Shown here in pieces: positions 35,760 to 49,121 of a stretch of DNA of 64,000 nt. A program made the translations under genes and the position numbers. Position 1 is the first letter of the stretch. Every line of letters starts with the position of its first letter. The notes below the pieces were generated by a model. The model was not told the DNA's origin. It did no database searches and saw only the letters and a list, made by a program, of their open reading frames with translations. Location: NCBI GenBank assembly GCA_964106915.2, contig OZ066914.1, one strand, 5' to 3'. This DNA comes from Podarcis gaigeae. Its lineage: Eukaryota.

Positions 35760-36305
35760 CCAAAGACGCCTGCTTCTTGGGAGGAAACCAATGACAAACC
35801 TAGACAGCATCTTAAAAAGCAGAGACATCACCTTGCCGACAAAGGTCCGTATAGTTAAAGCCATGGTTTTCCCAGTAGTGATGTATGGAAGTGAGAGCTG
35901 GACCATAAAGAAGGCTGATCGCCGAAGAATTAATGCTTTTGAATTATGGTGCTAGAGGAGACTCTTGAGAGTCCCATGGACTGCAAGAAGATCAAACCTA
36001 TCCATTCTTAAGGAAATCAGCCCTGAGTGCTCACTGGAAGGACAGATCCTGAAGCTGAGACTCCAATACTTTGGCCACCTCATGAGAAGAGAAGACTCCC
36101 TGGAAAAGACCCTGATGTTGGGAAAGATGGAGGGCACAAGGAGAAGGGGACAACAGAGGACGAGATGGTTGGATAGTGTTCTCAAAGCTACCAGCATGAG
36201 TTTGACCAAACTGCTGGAGGCAGTGGAAGACAGGAGTGCCTGGCGTGCTCTAGTCCATGGGGTCACGAAGAGTCAGACACGACTAAGTGACTAAACAACA
36301 ACAAC
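35760..36305 (+). mobile_element. BovB LINE, 5'-truncated 3' end
   Basis: RLLLGRK.MTNLDSILKSRDITLPTKVRIVKAMVFPVVMYGSESWT...LKLRLQYFGHLMRREDSLEKTLMLGK; (CAA)n tail. Confidence 0.95.
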
Positions 36306-38098
36306 CTGGAAGTTACCAGAGCATGAATTACCAAACATTATTCATTCATGCCAACAAATTTAAATGGGGAAATAATGCTACTTTTCTGGGTAAAAATGCT
36401 CTACATTCAGCAAATTTATTAAATTTGTTTTTATCTTGCACACACCACCATTTAGGGTTCATTGTGCAATTTCATGTTCTACAATGTATAAAGCATGGAC
36501 TTGGGTTTATACTCTTAGACTAGTTAAGGATGGATTCCGAAAGACCCAGCAGATCTATAGCCTACATTTTACAATGAAGTACGGTGTAGTTGAATAAGTC
36601 CCCTTTTATATAGAAGCATCTCAAAACATATGAATATTTCTGCAAGATAAAAATCAATATACTTAATCAACCTCACCAATTCTCCCCAAGTTTTATGCTC
36701 ACCTTAGACAAAGCCCACCCACTCCTCAAATTTTCTCTTCCTAGAAGTAATACAGTCTTTCGGTACTTGAGTCCAAAATCAATGCATGCCATAGAGCCCC
36801 TGCAGCTGTTGTTTACCATGTTGCTGCAACTTCTGGTCCTCCATGTGCCTCTCTGTGGACACAAAATTCTTCACAACAAGCCGAGAACACGACTTGTTAT
36901 GTAACTGGTGAGAGGCGGTAGCGGAGAATGAGGAGGACATGCAACCAAACAATCTACATCATGAAATTCCTGCATGACAATAGTGCTTCTTGTCTCCTTC
37001 CCACTCCAGACTCCCCAAAAGGTTTAAAATATAACTGAGCACATTAGCCTTTTTATTGGAAAACTGGAAATGCACATAAGCCTACAAAGAAGGACTTGCC
37101 AAAATAAGGCAAAACAAAACAAGAAGCTGTTCCGCTCCGAGGAAAGGGGCAGAGGCCAAAAAACTTGAGAAAGAGATTGCAAATAGGGTGAATAAGAGGC
37201 CTGGCCCAAGAGACAGCTACAACCCGGGGGCTCTGGGTTAAGGCAGTCAGACATTCTCAGTTTGGCCCGCCAGTGGCCTGAATTGCACATCCTCTACCCT
37301 GAAAACAAATGCCTCTGGGTGCAGGCAACATGTTCCAAATCTACTCCCCACCCACATTTCAAATTGATGCTCTGTCTTCAACAAAAGGCCTCACAATGGT
37401 ACAGGAGAGAATGTACAAAGCTGTTAAGACAAGAAATGGCTACCACTCTATTGCAAAGCAGCTAAAGGCGAGTTTCTCCTCAGTGGTAGTGATGTAGTAA
37501 GAGAGTGATCCATCTTTCAATGTGATATTTCAACACATTGAACCCTGAAATCTGAATTACATGGACATTATTACAACAGTAGCATTTCAAAAACTATATG
37601 TTTATCTATAGATATAGATACTGCAAAAGACAGAACACTGCTTGCAAAACTTCAAAAAAATGCAATAAAAGCTGAAGAAAAAGGAATGAATTGTTCTCTA
37701 CATCAACAGGAGGCTGAAGCTTTGAGATCAGAGACAGTAACAGCAAGAGGAGGGCACTTCTGCCCTTCTAGCTCAAGACTCAAATGACTCAAGAAGCCTA
37801 ACGAAATATGCTGAAAGTACAATCACAAAGACATAATCGAACAAGCAGCAGATAAAGTCCTGCTGAAACAGAGGGCATCAAGTGGTAGAAGGAGGTAGGG
37901 AGCTGTCCAGATAGGTGTGCTGACATAGAGAAAGCCCTCTTGCACTTCCCACCCCGACTGCACAATTGATGGCAGCAGGATGCATGCATGGAGGACCCCA
38001 CCCCACCCCACCCTGGTGACCATCATGACAGCTAAGAATTATGCAAGTATTTGATGAGTATCCCTGAGTATCCCTTGAGTCATGGTTATCTGAATGTA

Positions 38099-38340
38099 CA
38101 GTGGTACCTCGGGTTACAGACACTTCAGGTTAAAGATGCTTCAGGTTACAGACTCCGCTAACCCAGAAATAGTACCTCGGGTTAAGAACTTTGCTTCAGG
38201 ATGAGAACAGAAATCGTGCTCCAGTGGCGCGGCAGCAGCGGGAGGCCCCATTAGCTAAAGTGGTACCTAAGGTTAAGAACAGTTTCAGGTTAGGAACGGG
38301 CCTCCAGAACGAATTAAGTTCTTAACCCAAGGTATTACTG
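38099..38340. mobile_element. Tc1/mariner MITE
   Basis: TA|CAGTGGTACCTCGGGTTA...TAACCCAAGGTATTACTG. Confidence 0.88.
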
Positions 38341-38818
38341 CATTATGAATAAAGCTCATTATTCGAGTTTAGCTCCTTTCACCTTTTTTATCTTCTATGT
38401 AACATTTGTGATATCTGTACCATGGGATGCTCTTGATGTTGCTTGATAGCCAACTGCAGTACCCCACTTGCGCAACGGACATCTGCTGGCTTAAGTGGGA
38501 CGTTCCCTTTCTTTCCTCCCCCTGTGGGATCTCACCTATTGTTTATAATTAACATTGGTTCTCAATAAAGCACTTTTAAGAGAAGAGACAAAAAGGCTGT
38601 TCATGTATTGCATGAGTACAGTTTGTGACAGATCAGGGGCAAAGAGGGGCAGGAAGAGTCTTTCCTTACTTGTGAATGGGGATAAATTTGTTGCAGTCTT
38701 ATTTTAATGCAAATCTATCTAATTTGCATTTCCTCAAAACAATATGCAAACCTCAATGCATCCATCCTTCAAATTTCACACTTCTCTGAATTTTGTGGTG
38801 CAGTTCACTAATCAAATA

Positions 38819-39052
38819 CAGTGGTACCTCGGGTTAAGAACTAAATTCGTTCTGGAGGTCCATTCTTAACCTGAAACTGTTCTTAACCTGAGGTGCCACT
38901 TTAGCTAATGGGGCCTCCCGCTGCTGCCTCCACACAATTTCTCTTCTCATCCTGAAGCAAAGTTCTCAACCTGAGGTACTATTTCTGGGTTAGCATAGTC
39001 TGTAACTTGAAGCGTCTGTAACCTGAAGCATCTGTAACCCGAGGTACCACTG
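38819..39052. mobile_element. Tc1/mariner MITE, inverted relative to 38099-38340
   Basis: TA|CAGTGGTACCTCGGGTTA...TAACCCGAGGTACCACTG|TA. Confidence 0.9.
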
Positions 39053-40448
39053 TATTGTGTAGAAAAAAATGCATTATATTTAAATTTCAGGTTTTAAATT
39101 CCATATTTGATCTTACATTGTATATTTAAGTTTTAATGTGCATAAGCTGCAAATTGATTCAATTCAGCAAAATAGAATCTTCTGTGCATGTTGCTGAATA
39201 CAATCTCTAATAAGCAACATGCACCAACTGAACTGGCTAGGTGCACTGTCTAAGCGGAAATTGGGCGATGGAGAGGGTGTTCCACAACGAACGCAACTAC
39301 TTAGTTATGACTACTGCTCAGCTGTAGCCAGTGATTATCAAGTTAGAACCATTGTAAATTAGACCAAAACACTGTGGAAAATGAAACACTGAATGCACAA
39401 CCCAGTACAAGCAGTTTGTTTTAATTTGGCTTCCATGCAAGTACTTGCCATCTGATTGTGCCCTTGTTTATTCCTGACAACTAATAAAACCTGTCCTAAA
39501 TAAACCAGGAAGTGTCTATAGCTGATTGCCTTCTGAAATGACTGGCTGTGACTTGTACCGTTTCTTCACTGAGAACTGGTACAGCATCTAGTATGTCTTA
39601 AGAGTGGCTCTTTCCACCTACAAACATCTAACAAATCCCACAAATACATTCTCAGCCTGGCTACTGATTGATAAGGATATGCTTCTATCATTTACACAAT
39701 CCTGATCATTTAAGCACAATCCTGCATGTCTACCCAGAAGCCAATTCTACTGAAGTCAATGAGACTTACTCCCAAGTAAATGTGTATAGGATTGCAGCAT
39801 TAATTTAGACAATGGGTAAAGGGTTTGTAATGCAGTTGCGGAGACTCAATATGCAGTTAGTTACAGAGAGAGAGCCAAAAACCCTGTACAGGTATACAAG
39901 GGCTGCAAAGTAAGACTGAAGTGTTGACAGCAGATGTCACTACAGCCTCTACTGTATAATCACATGCTTGTTTCTGTATTGCTATATGATTTGGGGTATG
40001 CCTATGGACCTAATTTTCTATACTTGTCTGTCCAAATGACCTAAATGAGTGGCATTAGACTTTTCACATAATGCCTGGCTACATAAGCCGTTTAATGAAA
40101 TTACCAAAGTTGCATCACAAAATATTCCAAGAGCTAAACTGCTGGATTAACAGACTAGTCAAAAAGTAATACTTTTCTCAGCATGTCAAATAACAGCTAC
40201 CTCTTAAAAACTCCCCTGCGAACTCCTGTTTTATACTCCGTCATTCAGGGCATAATTGCACTTGAAGAAAATGAAATTCTTCAAAAGCACAGAGCACTTT
40301 TTGCTCTCTTTAGTGGGAGGAAAAAGCTTGTGCAGGTGGGTGCTGCACTGCCTATCTTTTCAGACAGAACTGCAACGGAGTAGTGAAGAGGCTTGTAACA
40401 AACTGGAGACAAAGAATCTGAAAACGGGGTCCAATAAATTTAATAGGC

Positions 40449-40800
40449 AAAGGTAAAAGTACCCCTGACCATTAGGTCCAGTCGTGACGGACTCTGGGGT
40501 TGCGGCGCTCATCTCGCTCTATGGGCCGAGGGAGCCGGCATTTGTCCACAGACAGCTCCCGGGTCGTGTGGCCAGCATGACTAAGCCGCTTCTGGCGAAC
40601 CAGAGCAGTGCACGGAAACGTCATTTACCTTCCCGCTGGAGTGGTACCTATTTATCTACTTGCACTTTGACATGCTTTCGAACTGCTAGGTTGGCAGGAG
40701 CTGGGACAGAGCAACGAGAGCTCACCCCGTCGCAGGGATTTGAACCGCCAACCTTCTGATCGGGAAGTCCTAGGCTCTGTGGTTTAGCCACTCGTGTCCC
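40449..40800 (-). mobile_element. Sauria SINE
   Basis: Family sequence; TSD AATAAATTTAATA at 40433-40445 and 40803-40815. Confidence 0.9.
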
Positions 40801-43029
40801 TTAATAAATTTAATACCCTTCCTCAAAATAGAGAAGTTTGTAGTTGGGACTCTACTTGTTCAGACCCTCTGCTTTACTACTTCTATCCCACTTGTTCTCC
40901 AAGGACCTCAAGGCAGAATACATGTTCTGTGAGACTGGTTAGGCTGAGAGTGACTGGCTCAATCACTCAGAGAGAAGTTTGCGTCCAAATGGAAACCTGA
41001 ACCTTGGTTGCCAGTGTGGTGTTTCCTGATTTTGGACTCCAGCTTCCATCCCAAGCACAAAAAACCCACTACTGTACATACTGCATCCAGCGGCATATTC
41101 TATTAAACTAAAAGTATGACCATAGTGAATTTTTGTATGCTCTAATATCACTGAACAGAGTAAGGCCTGGTACAGTCCATATCTCATCTAGCATCTGTCA
41201 AGGGTTTTCCAAAAATGCTCAGCAAAAGCTGAACAACTTTAAACTACTGATTCTTAATTTTGGACTCCCAAAAGTAGGGGTCGTCTTATACATGGGTGGT
41301 GTTATACACGGAAAATTACAGTAATTTCACAACTCTTCTAGTTTTATAAAGCCTGAGAGGAGAAAGTGAGCGAATGTTTGTGAGGAGAGTGATATTCAAA
41401 AAAACTGCTGGAAATAGTATTGTAAGCAGGACAAGTTCATATGTAAAAAAAACCAGAAGGGGAAGTTGAGGGAAGTCAAGGGGAGGGTGGAGGAAAGTGG
41501 GAAATTTAATCTGTTATTATTTGCTATGATGTAATTGTCGGGGTGGAAATAATAATGTAAAATTCAATAAAACAAACAAACAAAAAACTGCTGGAAATGA
41601 AAGGAGAGCAAGTGCTGGCAGAGACTCACACAGTCTCTAATTCAAAACTATGATGAGTCTAGTATGCATCGTATAGAACTAAGGCATCAAGTTGTATTTC
41701 CCAAGTCAAACATGCCAATATATCTAACCTTCTGTCTGTCATCCTGGGTTCACTATGGTTCATCTATGCTTAATTCCTGTAACAGTTTCTCTATTGGGTC
41801 ATTTTTTTCTATTTACATTGGTCACTAAAGCCAACAAGTCTGTTATCCAAGCAGCCGCAGCAACGTCAAGCCATAGGGATGGGACACCACAAAAATGTTC
41901 TGTCCTTGGCTTCAGCAGTCATCTTCAGTTTGAATGGGGTTTTTTTTTCTTTTACAAACCCCACAATTTATGCACTGAAGACAACACTTTCTTGTAGGAA
42001 TCCATTATTTTGAATAAGCTGAAACACTGAGAATATTGAAACTTGGGGTGGTATTCAACTAAGGTTTACTCAGAGTAGACCTACTGGAAATGATGGACCT
42101 AACAATGTTCACTATTTTCAATGGGACTGCTGTGAGGGAAAACTTAGCTGAATACTACTGGTGGTTTTCTGCGGTGCTCAAATGTTGCATGTTGGAAGGA
42201 ATTCACCACATAAAACCTTCAATGCATAAAATCTAACATTCTATTTCATAAAGACGCATGGCTGGGAAATGGTGGGGCACTTGATACTTTATGGGGCAAG
42301 CATCTTTTGGTGTTCACAGTGGTACACCCCATTAACATTTGTGGCACTGAATGTTGGTTATTCTGCAGTGGACACGTGTCAATTCACTTGCTCATTATTC
42401 AGCTCTGTACATGAACAAAGGCCACTTCCAAACTGGCATTTACTGAGCTACATTTCTCCCCACTCACTCATGGAGCACCTGCATGAAGTCATCAACAAAA
42501 CATCTGCATGAGGAACAGATCAGATCCCCAAGGAGTGCTACAGACCAAAAGCCAGGGTGTCAAACAGTTTATTTCCTGAGCATCACAAACAAATCAGTGT
42601 CCACTTGCTCTATTAAGAGGTCTTTGTCATCTAATCCTATATAGCCACATGTGAATGCACTTCTCATTCCATGCTATTTAACAGAAATATCAATTTTCTA
42701 CCAACAAGCAGTGGACTGTTCTATAAACTGTCAGTAATCCACATCTTATGTAATAGTCCCTCGTGAAAGTGTTCACAATACAGTTTATCTGGCATTGTCA
42801 GTGGAACCCATCTGTGTCTAATTCCATCCCTTGTTTTCAATTTGTTCAGGAACGATCTTTTCAAACATCATGGTGTGAAAGCTGACCACTAGTTTCTAAA
42901 ATGGGCTGACCTCATTTGTGTGCCTTCAATGTATTTCATATGCCTGAAAGAATTCCCAACATCCTAATTTTCCCAGTAAGCCATTTATAAGCATTGACTA
43001 ACAAGTTTCCAACATTCCATTTTGAGGCA

Positions 43030-43380
43030 AAGTGAGTATATTGTTGATGATAAGTCCATAAGCGCCTGAATGACATCACCCAAAGGTTTCATATATGTGC
43101 TAATTAGCATAGAATATAATCTTGGGGGTCACCATATAGCTCAATTAACCATGGTATCAAACTGTAGTCCCTCAACCCTCTAAGTAAGACAAGCACCAAT
43201 GTAAACTGGTACCTCCAAAGTCCATCCCAGTTAGCTAATCCAGAACCACCCCTTTAGTTACAAGTATAGCTCATCAACAAAGACAACCTAATCAGTCTAT
43301 GTCCCATAACCAAACCTTAAACTAGATTGAAATTGATCTAGATAATCTGCCTCAAATGGATCCAATACACTCAAAATTTT
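43030..43380 (-). mobile_element. L2-type LINE RT remnant
   Basis: Minus strand reads IYMKPLGDVIQ, matching the squamate L2 FNIYMKPLGEVI motif. Confidence 0.55.
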
Positions 43381-46300
43381 AATAAACCATTTTGTGCATG
43401 ACAAAGGTAGAAAGTGATTCAGGTCTATGCCAGGGATGAAGAACCTGTGGTCCTCCAAATGTTGTGTTATAACTTACTTAGAAAAAAAACAAAACCAGAA
43501 AAGGGGGTGAGAACAGGATATATATTCAGGCATCCACAAAAATAAAACAAACATGAGCTTCAATCTGGATAGCTCAGTGGCATGGTGCTGACAGGAGCAT
43601 GGTGCTAACTACATGGGTTGCAGGCTTGATCCCTGTATGGAACAGCTGCATATTCCCTGCACTACAGGGGGCTGGACTAAATGAACCTCAGGGTCCCTTC
43701 CAACTCCATGATTCTATGGAAAAAACATTTTGCTTCACCACCAGGGATGAAGAATCAGTGGTTCTTCAGATAGTAAGCGTTGGACTACAACATACAGTAT
43801 TCAATGGGGAAATTATTTAATGCATGTTTACTTAGAAATAAGTCCCACTATGACATTTGCAAAGTCACAGTCCTATGGTCCTTAAAGACTTGTAGATTTA
43901 CTGTTGTCTAGAGTTCACTTCAACAGCTTCCCCAAGTACTGGCAGATTATACATGTACATGGGTGTGAAATACATAATTGTAAACAATGGCGACAAAAAA
44001 GGCCATGAAATGCAAGCAGTACACTCTATGACATTTCTGGGCAAAATTCACATATATCAAGTTCACGCTACCTAGAAATGTCACTGACTCTGCTTCTCAC
44101 ATTTCTTAGCCTTTTGCCCCTACTGCATACATAAGTTTTTCTTTATTCCCATATATAGACATGCCAAATGAGGATACACATCATATATCTAATGATGTAG
44201 GGTCCAGGTCACAAAAGCTTATACTACAACAATGTTGTTGGTCTTTAAGGGCCACAAGACACAAGACTTGGTTGTTTTAGAAGAAAGCAGTATAAACAAA
44301 TATATTGACTTAACTCAAAATGCTGGCAGTCAGTATAAAATACTTGAAGGGTACCAGAGGCCATTGTACCTAAGGGTGGATTCCACAGTGCAAGTTCATC
44401 CCATCCGTTTAGAAACACAGGCTGTGTCCATAGAAAATGGATACAGCCAAGCACATCTGACTGTATTCAACCCTCCTTAGGCTGCACACACCCTACAGCT
44501 TGAAAGCACAATCTTTGACTCAAAGAATTCTGGGCACTGTAGTTTGCCTCTCACAAAGTTAGAACTCCCAGCAACCCTTAAACTACAATGCCCATAATTT
44601 TCTGAGGGGGAAATGTACTTCCAATGTGATTTCAAGGCCTACTGTGTACACAGACAGATATGGAAAGTGTTTTATGAACACAACATAAGAATAGCCCTGA
44701 CTGCCAACAGCACTCTCCCACACTTGATATCCAGCAACTGGGAATTTACAATGTGGGTAAAACTGCAGTCCTATATCACCTTTCCTGGGAACAAGTCACA
44801 GTGAACTGATAGAGTCTTACTTCTGAGTAAACAAGCATAAATTTATACTGGATAACCTGTGGGCCTCCAGATGCCTTGGTCAGGGATGATGGGAATTGTA
44901 GTCCATGGGTCATGTTGGCTGGGGAGGATGGGAGTAGGAGTTGAACAACATTTTGAAGGCCACAAGACCGCCACCCTTTGTGCGTATAGAAAAAGGCAAC
45001 ATTCCCAAACCTGGGACTAAATCTCCCAACAGCCCCAGCCAGCACCATTTTAAACAGGCTCTGGAGTAGGCACCATTTAACCCAGCGAGCTTAGTTCAAA
45101 GCAAACATGCATGAGATTCCATTCAAAATACTGACTAGCTACCTTCCCTGAAGTGGAGTTTTTGGGGGTCAGGCAAAGAGAAACCTGTAAAGGAACAAAG
45201 TCTGCTAAGCCTGCAAACAGCTACACAAACAAACTCTACTGTGGAGGTTTCCACATTTTCTATCTTCAGGCCCACTTAAGGTGGCTGGAAGTTACTGAGG
45301 CCCACTAGTCAGAAAATGGTGGTGTGGACCTAGTTTCAAAATGGTGGCAGCTGCAGAGCTTGGCATAATTAGCTGACTAACATCGCTGTCTACTGATCTT
45401 TCCATCTTTGGAAATAGCTAGATTCTTTCCCATAGTGCTTTCCCTATGGAAACAAATTCCCTACCTCAGTTTTCCACAAATGCCAATATTTGTTCTGGAC
45501 GTAATGTGATTAAGCCTTTTTTCTTCCCATCACCACATGTCTCTCAGTAGGTTTACTAATTTCCTATCATTTCTTCTCCCATTTGTCTTTCACTCTCTAC
45601 CAGTACCTTATCCTCCTCACCCCACTCCAAAAAACCACTGCCAGTTTCTTTCATTCTTCTTTTCTGGTGCTTTTACATTTCCTTCCTCTCTTACAACACC
45701 TTTCCTCTCTTATGCCTTTCCTTTGTATGCCAGTTTAATGTACGGTAACCTTTTATCTCTTTTTCCAGTTTCCTTCAACACCTCCTCTGGCCCTTTCGCT
45801 TCAGAGCAACCTCCTTTGCCTCTTCCTACACTGAGCTCTGCCTCTCAGCCACTTTTACTCATAATACAATAAGTTCCTGGGTCTGGCATTGTTACAACCA
45901 AAATAAAAATATAATAAAGACACTTACTGTTGCTGGCCGCTACTTCGATAGCCCTCTTGCTCTAAGAATAAGGGAACCGTCACACATCAGTGCAAACTCA
46001 GAAAAGTCTAACAGCCACAGAGTGCAAATGCAAGCACCTAATTGGCCCAGATGCAACTATACACACCTGATTGGCAGGGCAGCTCTTTCCACAACTGCAA
46101 CCCATAAGTTTACATTACTTAATGGGCCCTGATTAGGGAACAGAAGGATATAAATGGATAAATGAAAAAGGCCCACGAAATCCTCCAGCCCTATTTAATT
46201 TTTCTTACCTATTTGTGAGCTATTTTGTTTTTTACAAAAAAAAATCCCTTTGGAGATGGGGGTGGGAACTGCTCTCCATAGTTATTTTTTTCTGATTGGC

Positions 46301-46825
46301 TGTGATCTGCACATAGCAGACTGGCCACCACAGGAGAAAGATAGATAGAGAGAAACAGCTCCAGGTCTCTGAGACTTCTCTGTGAGTGGACATTTAAGGA
46401 TATGCGTGTGGAGCACAGGAGGGAGGTGGAACTATGGTTTTGGGGAAAACAAACACAAGGGCGGTTGTTCCTCTGTGGCATTATTGATAACCTGTTGTTG
46501 GTTATCCACAACTTTGCAGGGAACAGCAACGAGGTACCGGAGGACAGAAGCGTGGGCATCATGCAGCCCACCATGGCCCTTATGTCAGCTTGCTGCTAAC
46601 AGGTGTAGTGGAGGACACTGTCCCACTGACAGATGTTGAAGTAAGAGTCCACTGCCAATACGGTTAGGTTCTGTACATCTTCTTCTTCACCTGCTTGGGA
46701 CAGTTGCTGCCAATTGGGGCAAATAATACTGAACTAGATGGACTACAGGTTCAACTCCATAAGATGCATTACATTAAGCACTAATTAGAGAAAAGGGAAT
46801 TATGGTTTCCTTGTATTGTTTATCT

Positions 46826-47069
46826 CTGTCAGCAAACTTTTTCAGCAGGGGGCCGGTCCACTGTCCCTCAGACCTTGTGGGGGGCCGGACCATATTCTGA
46901 AAAAATATATATGAACGAATTCCTATGTCCCACAAATAACCCAGAGATGCATTTTAAATGACACATTCTACTCATGTAAAAACAAGCTGATTCCCAGACC
47001 ATCTGCGGGCCGGATTTAGAAGGCAATTGGGCTGGATCCTGCTCCCGAGCCTTAGTTTGCCTACTCATG
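46826..47069. mobile_element. hAT-type MITE
   Basis: ...CAGCAAACTTTTTCAGCAGGGGGCCGG...CTTAGTTTGCCTACTCATG; degenerate TIRs. Confidence 0.65.
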
Positions 47070-47409
47070 TCTTAGAGCACCATTCTATACCTACTTACTT
47101 GGGAGTAATCGCCGTTAACTACAGTGCTATTTACTTCCAAGTGAACATGCACCAGGTGTTAGGCATCTAGTTTTCAACAGAATGTTTATTTCTCCTTCTC
47201 AATATTTATTTTTTTCATTAACATTTAATTAGCTCCTGTTTAATCAGGGTAGCATCCTTCGTGTCCCACAAGCAAAGCAGCAATAATGCATTATATGTAT
47301 TTTAAAAGATGCATTTGAACTGTATCCCAATATCTTTTGAAAGATATATTCTCCTTTTAAAGCATTATTTGTTTAAACAGGGCCTTGTTTCAAAATTCAA
47401 GGCTGAGGT

Positions 47410-48020
47410 GTTCCTTGTTTCTGAGTTACTGGAGATGGGTTCAGGTCAGTGAAGAGTTTAAAAAAATAAAATGCAAGTTCATCCAGAAGTAGTCTCCAAA
47501 TGCTCCTGGTAATGTAAGATGCTAAAAACAAAAACAAAACCCTGTTCTCATTGAAAATATTCTGTAGGCAGCATCCACTGCACTGTGCTACATAGTGGCC
47601 CCGAGACAGGCTAGGACAGGGTGGAAGCTTTCTGGTTTTTGAATTGCCAAAGGTGGCCTCAGCTCAATAACAAAATACAATGCAAGCTCATCTAGTTTCC
47701 AAGTGCTTCCAGTAAGGGGTGCAAAAAGGTATAAAACAAAAACAAAAAACCTGTTCTAACTGAAAATATTCTGTAGGCAGCTTCTATCACCCCATGGTGC
47801 ATCCTGGGCCCCAAGACAGGCTAGGACACAGTGGAAGTTTTCTTGTTTCTGAATTGCTGGAGGTGGACACAGTTCAGTGAAGTTTAACAAAACACAATGT
47901 AAGTTCATCTAGTTGTCTTGCCATTTCCAACTGCTTCCAGTAAAGGAAGATGCAAGAACTTCCTGTTCTAACTGAACATATTCTGTAGGCGGCTTCCATC
48001 AGGAGGACCAGGCTAGGAAA
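47410..48020 (+). repeat. Diverged tandem repeat, about 210-bp unit, about 2.8 copies
   Basis: CCTGTTCT(C/A)A.TGAA(A/C)ATATTCTGTAGGC recurs at about 47541, 47750 and 47962; CAGGCTAGGA also recurs. Confidence 0.85.
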
Positions 48021-49068
48021 GCCAGCTGATTCTACAGGTCACAAACCAGTGGTTAAAGCTGAGGGAGGTGAACTGTCCAAGTGAATTGACTGAAGGGTCC
48101 AGCTTTTAATAGCTAGGCCCCTCAGAAATGGTCTTATACCAGATCAGGCCATTTCCTCATCTGTCTATTTAACTGGCAGCAACTATCTCAAATGTGTCAA
48201 GCAATCAGAGGTCCTGCCCATTGACTCTACCTGGCACTTTAAGCTGAAGAGGGAAGGTGCTGAACCTGGGGCAAAGCATAAGCTCTGACATTCAGCTATG
48301 GCCCCTGCCCTCACTTTGCTGGTTCAGCTGGTGTACCTGCAATAGAATAACATTCACAGAAATTAAATTAATCCCAGATGGATTTTTAAACTCTGCATAA
48401 CAATAAACAGAATAAGGGCCAGTTAGAGAGGACTGGGGTGGGACACAATTGCTTGCCAACCTGTTGGCCACCACTGTTCTATAGCTTCAACCTGCAGCCA
48501 TACATGTAGGTAAAGTACCAAATGTGCCCACACATCTAGAAGATGACAAGATGCACACACAGTTAGCAAGGCAGCATGTGACTCTGGGGAGAATGAAGGT
48601 TGTAGAAGGCAAGAATGGGAACAGTGAACTGGGCTGTGATTACAAGAGCATTTGAACATGATCTGTCTCTGCCATTCAGGTTGTGCTGGGCGAGGATCTT
48701 CAAATATCCCTAGTAAGTGTTAAAATGTTTAACTTCCTTAAACTTTCCTGCCCACTTCCAGACAATCTGAGTATACATCAACGTGATGTCTCTGAGCATG
48801 TCTATGACCATCTCCAGTTTAACTTGTATCTGGTTGTTATTTGAAATATGGAACCTATTGACCTCTTCCTCCTTTGCAACTCCCAAAGATGTAGGACAAT
48901 CAGCCCATCTAAGCTCAGACTGGCAGCAACTCTCATTCATTCGTTGGCCATTTATATACTGCTTTTTGGCCCAAAGGCTTCCAAAGCAATGAACAGGTTG
49001 AAAACAAAAGGAAATATGAGAAAACCACATTAAATACAAAAGCAAAAGTGCAAAAAAATCAATAAAAA

Positions 49069-49121
49069 CATATTATATTATATTATATTATATTATATTA
49101 TATTATATTATATTATATTAT
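49069..49121 (+). repeat. (ATATT)n microsatellite
   Basis: about 10 pentamer units. Confidence 0.93.
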
